From NCBI RefSeq assembly GCF_006345805.1, contig NC_043000.1, positions 63,736,001 to 63,800,000 of the forward strand: a stretch of DNA of 64,000 nt. The letters run 5' to 3'. Below the pieces are notes generated by a model that saw nothing but the letters and a program-made list of their open reading frames with translations, made no database searches and had not been told where the DNA came from. The DNA comes from Octopus sinensis (lineage: Eukaryota). The translations under genes were made by a program, and so were the position numbers. Shown here in pieces: positions 1-11,683 of the stretch. How positions within the stretch are numbered: position 1 is the first letter of the stretch; every line of letters starts with the position of its first letter.

Positions 1-361
1 GCGTGCGAGTGAGTGTGTGTGAGCGTGTGTGTGGGTGCACGTGTGTGTGTGTATGTGTGTGCGTGCGGGTGAGTGTGTGAGCGTGTGCGTGTGCGTGTGT
101 GTGTACCTGTATATTTTTATCCTATTCATATTGTTTTATTTACATTTAATAATGATTCTCCTCCTACTCTCAAGGTTTATGACAAATACAGAAATCGCTA
201 TCATTGGCATCGTAGACATTTCCACCTCCTACTCGATATCGTCATCGCCATCGTCATCGTCATTATAATCGTCATCGTTGTCGTCATCGCTAACCTCCTC
301 CTACACCACCACATCTTCAGCAGCAACAACACCAGCGACAACAGCAGCAGCAGCATATAGC

Positions 362-421
<60 letters not shown>
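362..421. repeat. (AGT)n trinucleotide microsatellite, preceded by a degenerate ATC/CAG triplet-rich tract (~230-360)
   Basis: About 20 perfect AGT units read directly. Confidence 0.95.
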
Positions 422-422
<1 letters not shown>

Positions 423-599
423 TCGAATCTTGTTGATTATGACGACAAATCGTCTCAGATGTTCTTCGTAGTCAGACAAAAATAGTATCAATGCTATGGA
501 GCTGCTGTGCTGAAATAGCATGGAATTCGTCTATTAGTTTTGAATCATTAACGAAATAGAAGAATTGTTATAGCTGACTATTCCCTCTCAGCTTCCGCC

Positions 600-707
600 C
601 ACACACACTAGCACACAAACACACACGCACGCACGAGCACACACACACACACACACACACAAGCACACACACACTCACACACATACACACAGGCACACAT
701 ACACACG

Positions 708-759
<52 letters not shown>

Positions 760-854
760 TGTATGTGTGCGTGTGTGTGCGTGTATAAATATATTTATAT
801 ATCACCATATGCTAATACCTCTTTCATCTCTGCGGTATATAATCAGGTGTGATG

Positions 855-886
<32 letters not shown>

Positions 887-1079
887 GATAGATAGATAGA
901 TATATGCATTTATATGTATGTATATAAATATATATATATATATATATATGTATGTATTTATATACATATCTTTATGTATACATTTATACATGCATATAAT
1001 ACGTATATACACACATATACATACATACAAAAAAAACATAAATGTATAGGCATATCACTACGTTGATATATATATATAT

Positions 1080-1114
<35 letters not shown>

Positions 1115-1258
1115 CACGTTTATGCGTATGCATGTATGTATGTATTATGTAGTTATTTAATTTTATTTCAAGATTTCATGCCAATAGCGAAAAGGCCGGT
1201 TTCTAACCTAGATCCAAAGCTCCTTCATTGGAATTTCAACATCAACAGGGTATTTTTG

Positions 1259-1290
<32 letters not shown>

Positions 1291-1321
1291 TGTATGTATG
1301 TATTTGCGTGTGCGTGTGCGC

Positions 1322-1381
<60 letters not shown>

Positions 1382-1385
1382 ATGT
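600..1385. repeat. Compound microsatellite cluster (CA)n, (GATA)n, (TA)n, (TATG)n, (GT)n
   Basis: Runs visible at ~600-780, 855-902, 925-950, 1082-1110 and 1259-1380. Confidence 0.95.
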
Positions 1386-1999
1386 ATTCGTATATTATTC
1401 TTTCCACAAGCCTATACATTTTTAGTTCATTAAATGGCTTGGTGCATTAAGAATATTTATATTTTAACGTGTATACATTCCATTTTTTCCCCGATTCATT
1501 TAACTTATTTCTGTATCTTTCTAGGAATGAGAAGATCAGAAAGAAGTCTAGCCACTTGGTATGAATTACTCAAAGGTAAATCTGAGAATAAATAAAATAT
1601 TTAATCCCTAATCATTAGTCCGGTAAAAGTCTGTTTCAGTTAAGGCTTATTGGGAACTTCAGAAGAAGTTTAGGTAGAGCTAATTTATATATTATGTCCT
1701 TAGCTAAACAGTTCTTAAATGGGCAATTGTTATTGTCACTGTATTTGAAATTCTATGTGGAAAGGTTTTCACTAGTTTTATTTAGCATTTGAGGGTTAGT
1801 AGATGGAATAATTTGTTTGAAATTTGAAGTAGTCGAATATGAAATTTTACTGTATTTTTGTTGAAGATTTTGTACGATCTATGACTTGCTGGGGAGGGGT
1901 GGGGTTCTTAGTAAAGTCAAAAATATTTTCCAGTAAGTGTAGCTATATTTACCTTGTATGGAGGTGTGAAGTTTTTTTTTTTCTTTTGTGTCTTTTACG

Positions 2000-2230
2000 T
2001 GGTTGTGTTGTATAAAAGTGATATCGTTTTGTTTTTTTTGTCTTTTTGTTTTTTGTAGCCGCTTTTGTGGACTGCATCGTTATAATATGTAACAGCTTCT
2101 GTAAATATTTTCCCGTTTGCTGGACAGTAGGAGTCTTCGAGAGCTGTGGGAATAAGGTAGTTCATAATGCTGCTAGAGTGATTAGAGTGTATATGAATGT
2201 AATGCATGATTCGTTTGGTTTATGGTATGG
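2000..2230 (-). mobile_element. Possible degenerate Penelope-like element fragment (RT to GIY-YIG linker)
   Basis: Minus-strand peptide SYCPANGKIFTEAVTY resembles the CP(L)xGxCLTxxxxY linker motif of Penelope-like ORFs. The match is short and from recall only. Confidence 0.3.
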
Positions 2231-3653
2231 GTAGTAGAAAGTTAAATAGATTAAGTGTTACGCCCATGTAGTTGGAAGATTCTTTAGGAAAAAGTCAATA
2301 GCCGGAGAATCGATACTGGTATGACAGGATTCGATCAATCAACTAAATAAACTTTATTCTCATTATATTAATAAGTATTGTAAATAATGTATCTTAATTG
2401 GCATAAAGCTAATGAGGGAAACGTCTTGAGAGCATTCTTTCGATATGAGTCCCATTTACATCACGTGTATTTGTTTACATTTGAAGAAGATCGTCACTTT
2501 CCGTAAAATTTCTATTTTTTTTATATATGTGGGTTAGGGTTAGGGGTGGGGGGAAGGGTATCTTTTTTCTTCAGAAATGTAAAGAAACCCACGTGGGTTT
2601 ATAAGTGACAGTTATGTTACTAGTACCGAATGATCACCGTCTTGAGAAATCCAAGAAACGCAACACGATTTAGAATCTCGTTTAAAGGCATCAAACTTTA
2701 CTTACTTGCTAATCTTTAGAAATGGATGTTTGTCACCTTTTCTCAAACTTTCAAACCCTGAAAAATGTAGGATATTGTACTTAACCAATATAAACTATAC
2801 TTATGATCTTGGGCTCACACATACACAAACGACAAACCAACGAAGGGGATTCCACGCAGCTCTCGATAATGTAGTCTTAGATATACAATAAAAAAAGAGC
2901 TGGTGTCCCAACAAATGCACACTGGGAATGACACAGTGGACAGCCTTATGTATACAAAAAAGACGAAACTGACACGGGTAGAACGCCTCTGAACATTGGT
3001 CTCCATTATCAAGGCCGACTTAAGTTTATGCGATAGCCAACATAAACGACTTTGCACACACATACATGAGTATGCGTCACGCACTCACACACACACACTG
3101 CACTCATATACTCGTCACACACACACGTTCACAAGCCCGCGTATAACACAGATAAAAACACACATGCAATCACAAACCACATATATATAGATGCACACAC
3201 AAACACTCACCATGTGTTTGCAAGAGGCAACTACTAACTGTCGTAATATACAAGTGTCGGCTATTAAAAATTATTGCTTACGTTAACATACATTCATGCA
3301 CATGTGTATAAACGCTCACGCGCATAGAAACATAGACACACACACGCACACTAATAAGATGAGAAAGAGAGAAAGAGTAATAATGATAAACACAGAAAAT
3401 GCAATTGGGATTTTAAATTTTATAAAACAATCACATGTTTAGTAAAATGACTGTCCTTATTACACAAGCCAGATCTTATCAGATTGGCTGCCAATTTTCA
3501 GTCTCTTCGAATTGATTTCATATTTGGTGTGATGATATGGTTTTATATGCTAATCACTGCTTTGAAATTCGCTTTCGCAATAAATCAATAAATAAAGAGT
3601 TATTAGCATTTAAATAATTTTAACTATCGTAAGCCACAGACATATTCATGCCT

Positions 3654-3667
3654 GTTTCCATAGTAAC
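3654..3667. promoter_or_regulatory. RFX X-box motif
   Basis: GTTTCCATAGTAAC fits the GTNNCC-AT-RGYAAC palindromic X-box consensus. An inverted ATTGG/CCAAT pair lies at 3483-3495. Confidence 0.45.
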
Positions 3668-4152
3668 AAGCACGAACATGAGAACTCTTTTGTCTACGAG
3701 ATAGCACGTGTTGACAAATATATTCTACGCTGTATTCTGCTGCTTGAACCTTGGTCGAGAGATGTGCTAAAATTAACAGCCAAATAGGCCTTAAATCACG
3801 CATCCCCAATCATTGTTTTTTTTTTTTTGCATAATCATATGAATTATTGAGTGTAGAAACAAATTCGCAAAAATTTTCTGAAAATTCCAAAAAATAAAAA
3901 TGTTATGAGGGATTATATGGGGTGCATAAAGCAGTAGTTGATTTATTCAGTTTCATATTAAAACAAGTCACTCACAAAATGACAGCTTCCAAATCCTGTT
4001 TTCTGACTGGATGAAAATTATCAAACTTTAAACCTGTATAACTTTTTTTGTATTTTAGATTTTTATGGAAAAAGTGAAATATCTCCATAGATGCAGCTTG
4101 GAATACTACATTAATGTAGCAAATTTTAAAATTTTTTACAAAATAAAAAATT

Positions 4153-4519
4153 AGGCGCAGGAGTGGCTGTGCTTACCAACCACATGGTTCCGGGTCCAGT
4201 CCCACTGCGTGGCACCTTGGGCAAGTGTCATCTACTATAGCCTCGGGCCGACCAAAGCCTTGTGAGTGGATTTGGTAGACAGAAACTGAAAGAAGCCCGT
4301 CATGTGTGTGTGTGTTTGTCCCCGCCACCGTCGCTTGACAACCGACGCTGGAGTGTTTACATTCCTGTAACTTAGCGGTTCAGCAAAAGATACTGATAGA
4401 ATAAGTACTAGGCTTACAAAGAATAAGTCCTGGGGTCGATTTGTTCGACTAAACGCGGTGCTCCAGCATGGCCGCAGTCAAATGACTGAAACAAAGAGTA
4501 AAAAGAGTAAAAGGGTAAA
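4153..4519 (+). mobile_element. tRNA-derived SINE, family A (AGGCGCAGGAGTGGCTGTG head)
   Basis: tRNA-like head with B-box GGGTCCAGTCCC, internal TG run, and conserved tail GGCGGTGCTCCAGCATGGCCGCAGTCAAATGACTGAAAC. Many near-identical copies occur in the window. Confidence 0.85.
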
Positions 4520-5049
4520 CTTCGAATTTTCGAAAATTGGCAGTCAAACTAAAAAGATCCCGCCAGCTAACTAGCCACATGTTGCACATACATACATACA
4601 TACATACATACATACATACATACATACATACATACATACATACATACATACATACATGCATACATACATAGCATACATACACATATACACTCATGCATAC
4701 ACGCAACCCCACACATAACTACTCAGTACAGAGAAGAGAAGGTAAAAGAGATAACTTTGAGGCGATGTAGGCTCAATGATAACAACAGTCATTACAATAC
4801 TAATACATAGCAATAATAGTAGTTACACTACCAACCGTCTGCGCGCATATAAGAAAGTGAACCGAGACAATAGGTCGATATCTCTGACAGATTTGTGGTA
4901 AAAGAACCAAAATTACTTCCCTTTGATGAACAAGGCCTGGGATATTCATAAAAGATTTTTGGGGTTGAAAAGATCCGATTTTTGTAATCCCCAAGCATAA
5001 ACAGGTAGCGCACCGCACTCTCCGACACATCTATGTACACGCGCGCATG

Positions 5050-5101
<52 letters not shown>

Positions 5102-5717
5102 CACACACACACACACATAAAGGCCACCTACATACACAGGCACATATCTCATACAGATTACAGATATGCCCAACTTACCATCATACAGTACAGCAATCAA
5201 ACGCCTTATGTTTTCAATCGTGTACTGAAGCACACACACCAACTTGGTTTCTTTAAAAAACCTCGCGCGAGTATTTGTTTATTTTCACAAACAATGTTAA
5301 ATTATCCAAGTTCCTAAGCCTAATAGAAAAATTTTGCAGAAGCTTAAAGTTTGGTAATCTTTACCCGATCAGAAAATAAGATTTGGAAGCTAGAATTTTC
5401 CGCGCGATAAAATGAAAGTAAATATTACAACAACGAAGTTTTAAACAAAACGAAAGCAATTACATGCCATACCAAGAGAGAGTGAGATATATGTATACAG
5501 AGAGAGATAAAGAGTGTGGTAAATATATATAGAGAGGAGAAAGGTATGAAAAAGAGGGAGAGCCTGATGGAGACAGATAGAGAGTGGTAGATGAGTTATT
5601 TCTCGTAGAAGATTAAATCTTCTGATTAGCTATAACTGAAAACTTTGTTGTTGTGACACACATTTCGCAAATCGAATCCATTTTTCTCGTGGACGTTTAT
5701 ACTCTCATTTATATAGT

Positions 5718-6500
5718 AGATATACATACATACATACATACATACATACATACATACATACATACATACATACATACATACAGTCTCCAGAATTTAAGTT
5801 TTGTTGTGACGGACAGGTCTTCTTGAGCACCGCATATCTCCAGTAATTCTGCTCTTTTGCCATCCCTTCAGTGAATTTAATGAGCCTGAGATCAGCTTTC
5901 ACTACTTCGTCTTACGTCTTCCTGGATCTCAATCTTCAACAAACTTCAGACTTCATAAAATCGCCCTTATCCATACGCATTACAAGTCCATACCAGCTTG
6001 GCCTTCCTTCTTGCACACTGCATCTGATTCCTCTTATGCCCAATTTTTCTCCAAACACATTTTTACTTTGTCCTTCATGCTCTCTTAAGTTGCACATCCA
6101 ACAGAATATGCTAGTTTCATCTCTTCCAGATCTTCTCAAGTCTTCTACATTCAGAGACTGTATCACTACTGCAGTATTGCAGTTAATACACAAGAATCAT
6201 ACAATCTACTTTTCACTTTTTGTTTCAGGAGAAAAACCTTTTGTTGCCAACAGGGGTAATAGTTCTCCGAACATTCTCCAGCCTGTATTGCAACCATGCT
6301 TTCAAAACATCTACTACTTCTAGGAGTCCTTCTAAGCTTCTAAGAAAGTATGCTTCCTGTGCGCTCTTAGTGCTTATTGCGCCTAAATTCTTACCACATA
6401 TAAAGTCTACTTTCTCTTTTAATCTGCCTAAGATAATTTGCATTGGATTCACTGTATAGAATTTTTACCTACACCTCTTCTCCATATTGAGTGGGGTCAT
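5718..6500 (-). mobile_element. 5'-truncated RTE-clade LINE 3' end with (TATG)n tail
   Basis: Minus-strand peptides EKVDFICGKNLG, EDLRR..DETSIFCWMCN and EKLGIRGIRCSVQEGRPSWYGLVMRMD match the RTE ORF C-terminus. Frameshifted. The tail appears as (CATA)n on + at 5718-5780. Confidence 0.8.
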
Positions 6501-6583
6501 TTTCCTGAAGGAATTCTGATGAGTGTGAATACTAAAAACTGAAGATTGATGTTTGTGATATTACTTTTATTTCGTGGTTGGCG

Positions 6584-6746
6584 ATTGTTTCAACAATCCT
6601 ATGGTGACTTCCCACATTGTTTATAAACACGTCCATGGACGGCTATGTATATTACATTACAGGGTATGCACGACTAGATCATTCACAATGGACATGGTTA
6701 TAAAAACATAGTGGGAGAATAGTCTCTATGGAATTGCTGAAACAAT
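6584..6746. repeat. Imperfect inverted repeat (arms ~53 and ~59 bp, ~50 bp spacer), MITE-like
   Basis: 6584-6636 is the reverse complement of 6688-6746 apart from scattered mismatches and small indels. Confidence 0.7.
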
Positions 6747-7133
6747 TGACAAGCATGAAATAAAGTTATATCACAGACTCCAATATTCAGTTTATATTTT
6801 ATATATAATATGCGTATATTAAAAGATATCACTCTCCCACTGGATGGAATACTTATTTGTTAATCCTACTATTAACAGAACAGTAAACTATTTAAATCTG
6901 CCGAATTATTGCTTCCACAGTATGAAACTATTATTAGTTTATGTTTATTTACCGTATATACATACATGTGTGTGTGTGTTACCCGTGATCCATTGGGTTA
7001 CTTTGAAAGTCTGAGTTTCCCAGCAACGGAATTTTGTCTCGTGGGTTTTCTTTTCTTTTCCATGTTATTTCGCATTCTTTCAACGAATGTGACATCGAAA
7101 TCACGCGTAAACGGTTCCTTTCCCCAGAAAAGG

Positions 7134-7252
7134 AAAGATTTGGCTGCTATTTCTTGCACGCCCTGCTACCACATAACAGGTATTTCGGGTCCTTTATCGC
7201 AAATACCTGTTACATGGTAGCAGGGCGTGCAGGAAATAGCAGCCAAATCTTT
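7134..7252. repeat. Near-perfect 52-bp inverted repeat with 15-nt loop
   Basis: 7134-7185 pairs with 7201-7252 with only 3 differences. The peptide KDLAAISCTPCYH appears on both strands in the ORF track. Confidence 0.95.
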
Positions 7253-7335
7253 GGAGCTGAAATATGTTGATTGCACTCGAAATTTTTTTGTAATGGTATT
7301 CCCTTGCCAGCGATCTTTCGCTTTGACTCTCAGAA

Positions 7336-7717
7336 CTGTCATCCGCATCAGCTGGTTTTGTTCGTTAATTTCCGTAATTTTTTTTATTTACTTTTGTTTT
7401 AAAGTGAAAGAGAGGAGAAAGTGAAACATGTATGTACGTGTACATGAAATGAACGTGTGGCGGGGGGAGTGCCACTTACACATACATGAGGACACACACA
7501 TTCACTCACTCTCTCTCTCTCTTTTTCTCTCCCTCTTTCCCCTCCCTCTTTTTCTCTTTCTCTTCCTCTCTCTCTCTCTCTCTCTCTCTCTTTCACACAC
7601 ACACGTCCATTTCAAATATACGTACACACATCTTCCACTTTCTCCTCGGTTTCACTTTAAAACAAAAGTAAATAAATAGAAAATTTTTTACGGAAATTTA
7701 CAAACTCCGGATGACAA
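7336..7717. repeat. Inverted repeat (arms ~85 bp) enclosing a CA/CT microsatellite spacer
   Basis: 7336-7423 is the reverse complement of 7636-7717 (e.g. TTTACTTTTGTTTTAAAGTGAAA vs TTTCACTTTAAAACAAAAGTAAA). Confidence 0.75.
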
Positions 7718-8284
7718 GCGAAAGATCGCCATTCACTTGAAAATAATTTTTAAAAAAACATTAAAATATTGTCTGTTTAAAGAAAGCTAAAATATAAATA
7801 CTTACTGTACAAACAACTTACATTTTTGAAATCACATTCAGTTAAAAACATTTCTAAATGATTAAAACATCGTGTACGCTAAAAGTCGACGTTTTTTTTT
7901 TCCTTAGAGAGCACGAAGACTATGTGTGTGTGTATGTCACAAGTAGCGAACGTGCGTTTGTGTTGATTGACACGCTATGACATTCATTATATGTGGGTGT
8001 ATTCTGTATGTGTGTATGCGTATTGACGTCACGGAAGCCATGTTTTTTTTTTGTTTTTTTCAAGGAATAACAAAAATCGTTTAATCGTTTTCATTAATAA
8101 ATAGAGGTCCATATATCACAAAAATTTGTACTGCACTGCCGAAGGTAATTATAAAAATAAATATGCAAAAGTAGTTAAGATAAAATATACTATTTCTGAG
8201 ATAATTCGGGTGCACACAAACATCTCTAGAGTTTTAGTATAATTAAGATATATATATGTATATACATATATATATGTATATATG

Positions 8285-8403
<119 letters not shown>

Positions 8404-8803
8404 AGATGTGCAGCATGGGCGGATAAGGTATGCACTTCCTACATAGATAAAATTCTAAATATTAATTATCATATATAAAAGATATTTAACTTGATGTATA
8501 TGGTTAAGTGGGAAATTAAACGAATTCCTCCAATTTTCACGTGACGCAGGTATAATATCGCTGCCATTAAGTTTGTATGTATATGCTAACGGGTAAGGCT
8601 ATTAATCATGTGTACCGTCAGTTCAGTTACATGATACATAAAATATAGCCAGAATATAGGTAGAATCTAATCTGCTTTCGTTAACAGGCGTTACACATGG
8701 ATGAGTGCACGTATATGTTACATTGTATGTGTTTGCGCTGAGTTAATTTTAATGACTGAGTTAATTTTAAGACACATGGGTATATGAAGTATTAATAATG
8801 GAT

Positions 8804-8878
<75 letters not shown>

Positions 8879-8979
8879 TGCATGTGTGTGCGTGCGTGCG
8901 TGCGTGTGTGTGTGATAATGCACGCACGCAAGTACGTGACTAAAAATTCGCAAATAAATTAACTTTCCATTATATGTTG

Positions 8980-9325
8980 GTGCGGGCCTGGTAGTATGGT
9001 AAGAGCTTTGCTTTGCAATCACGAAGTCCTGGGTTCAGTCCCACTGCCCCAAACTCTACAAGTCTCTTCTTGTAGGAGCCTGAACCAAACATAGCCTTAT
9101 AAGTAGATATGGTAAAGGCAACTGAAAGAAACCCGTCGTGTGTGTTTGTGTGTGCGTGTGTGTGTGTGTACTGTGTTTGTCCCCAAACCCCGTTTGACAG
9201 CTGGTGCTGTTCTGCTTATGTCCCTCGCAACTTATTGGTTCGGCAAAAGAAACCGATAGAATAAGTACCAGACTTTGACTGAAACCTTTCGATGGCTGAA
9301 ACAAGTAAAAGATTACAATAAAAGG
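8980..9325 (+). mobile_element. Divergent SINE family A copy
   Basis: B-box GGGTTCAGTCCC, GGAAACTGAAAGAA-like core, TG run, and tail ACCGATAGAATAAGTAC...GACTGAAACAAGTAAAAG. Confidence 0.7.
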
Positions 9326-9608
9326 TACAGATATTGCGTAAGTACGATATTGAAAGATCTTAAATACGAACAATGAGAAAGAAACCAATGGATCAAACTC
9401 TAATAAAACGAAAGGGTTCAACTGAGATAAAGAGTTCTATAACAAAAGAAGACCAGTTATGTTCAGCTTGACTGTTTTCAAAAAATAGTATGAATGATTT
9501 TTTTGTTATGATATGGAGGGTCAACTTGTGTCGCAGGCAAATTAGATTTTATTCTTATTAAAAATCATTTAAATGGCACAAAATACCGCCTAATATTTGA
9601 AGATTTTA

Positions 9609-10250
9609 AGGCGGAGAGTTGGCAGAATCGTTAGCACGCTGGGCAAAATACTTAGCGGCATTTCGTCGGTCTCTACGTTCTGAGTTCAAATTCCGCCGAG
9701 GTCGACTTTGCCTTTCATCCTTTCGGGGTCGATAAATTAAGTACCAGTTACGCACTGGGGTCGATGTAATCGACTTAATCCGTTTGTCTGTCCTTGTTTG
9801 TCCCCTCTATGTTTAGCTCCTAGTGGGCAATAAAGAAATAAGAATCGTTAGCACGCCGGGCAAAATACTTAGCGGCATTTCGTCGGTCTCTACGTTCTGA
9901 GTTCAAATTCCGCCGAGGTCGATTCTGCTTTTCATCCTTTCGGGTTGATATAATAGACACCAGTTGGATACTGGAGCCGATGTAACCGATTATCCCCTCC
10001 CTTAAAATTTCTGACTTTGTGCCAAAATTTGAAATCAATATTTGAAGAGAAACATTAATACGCCGGGCGAAATGCTTAGCCGCATTTCGTCCGTCTTTAC
10101 ATTCTACGTTCATATTCCGCCGAGGTCGACTTTGCCTTTCATCTCTCTGGAGTCGATAAAGTAAGTACCAGTTAAGCACTGTTGTCGATGTAATCGATTT
10201 GCTCCCTACCTCGAAATTGCAGGCCTCATGCCAAAATTTGAAACCAACAT
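9609..10250 (+). mobile_element. Three tandem tRNA-derived SINEs, family B (GGCAGAATCGTTAGCACGCCGGGC head)
   Basis: Three successive heads (~9609, 9840, 10060), each with GAGTTCAAATTCCGCCGAGGTCGAC-type B-box region and CTTTCATCC core. Confidence 0.85.
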
Positions 10251-10299
10251 TTGAAAAGACTCTATTAACCAACCATCTCAATGTAGGAATTGATAAGAA

Positions 10300-10640
10300 G
10301 GCCAATCTTTTTCAAGAACGTTTGAAGCTACATATAAGCAAGGTATCGCAAGCTTAAAAAAAGAACTCACAGAATCAAACCTCTTGATTCTTTGGGTTGC
10401 TCAAAGCTCCGATCTTAATCCAATAAAACATGTATAGGAATATTTTGAACAGAAACTTACATGTAAAATCGCCGAAAATTAAATCAATTAAAGAGCATTG
10501 GCTGAAGAGTGGATGAACATGGATCAGTCTGTCATTGATAATTTAATCAGATCTATACTTAATCAGACGAAAGCCGTGATATTAACTGAAGGAAGTCCTA
10601 CAAAACACTGAAACTTTCATCCATTTTCAGTAATTTTTCA
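10300..10640 (+). mobile_element. Tc1/mariner transposase C-terminal relic
   Basis: Translation W-V-A-Q-S-S-D-L-N-P-I-K-H-V-*-E-Y-F-E-Q-K-L matches the Tc1 WPxQSPDLNPIEHxW motif. It is followed by LAEEWMNMDQSVIDNLIRS...KAVI. Confidence 0.75.
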
Positions 10641-10764
10641 AAGTTATTACAAATTTAGTTAACGCTTATTACAAATTGAATTAACTCTGGCTGCAAAGTT
10701 ATTGTAGGCCACTGTGTAGAAGTGTGTGTGTGAGTGCGCGCGTGCATCCATGCGTTTGTGTGCA

Positions 10765-10806
<42 letters not shown>

Positions 10807-11642
10807 CGTGCCTGTGTGTGTGTCTGTGTATCTACTTGAGATCTGACCTGGAAGAAAGAAAACATATTGGTAAGATCGTGAATGGCGACGAAAGGACTTT
10901 AGCTGGTTAAATAATTAACTAATTGACTAATAATAAAGAAACGAAATTGAACCAGTGAGTGCATTTATTATTTGTGCAACGACCCTCCCAAGATACAACA
11001 AAATCCGCTTCAACACACGAGTTCACATCGAGAATCTTGCATTCCAAATACAAAATACGTATTTTGCGCGTTTGAATGTTAACCATAGAAATGTTAACCA
11101 TCGACTGTAACCATAGAAACCAACAAATAAATGGTTTCTCGGCTAATGTATCGGGTATTTATTTCGTACCTGGGAGGTTTGAAAGCGTTAATTAAAATAT
11201 ATTATATACGTGTAGTAAAATAATAAATCATAGGGATGACATTTCATTCAATAGAGTAAAGCAACTGTGATTATAAAACTTTATTATTTCAATCAACTTG
11301 CTGTTATCGAAACAGTCAAAATCTGCAGAAATATTTTCGTCTATTTTCATTTCAGGAAGCAAATTTCATGTGTACAATTAAATTTATTGTGTCTGTCTGT
11401 TCCTTGTGATACGGAAGTATAAGACAGATAATTTAATCACTTTTGTTCTATTTTTGATTGATGACAAGTCTTTAATCGTATTGCTAGACAAAATGTCCGT
11501 TCAGGGGCAGCAAATGTTAGAGAATTTATCGGTAAAAGTTGGTAAATTGTATAAATCTCTATTAGATGTTTCTTACCATTTGCTGATTTTAATATATTTA
11601 TTTATTTATGTACATACTCACTCACACACACACGCGCACGTG

Positions 11643-11683
<41 letters not shown>

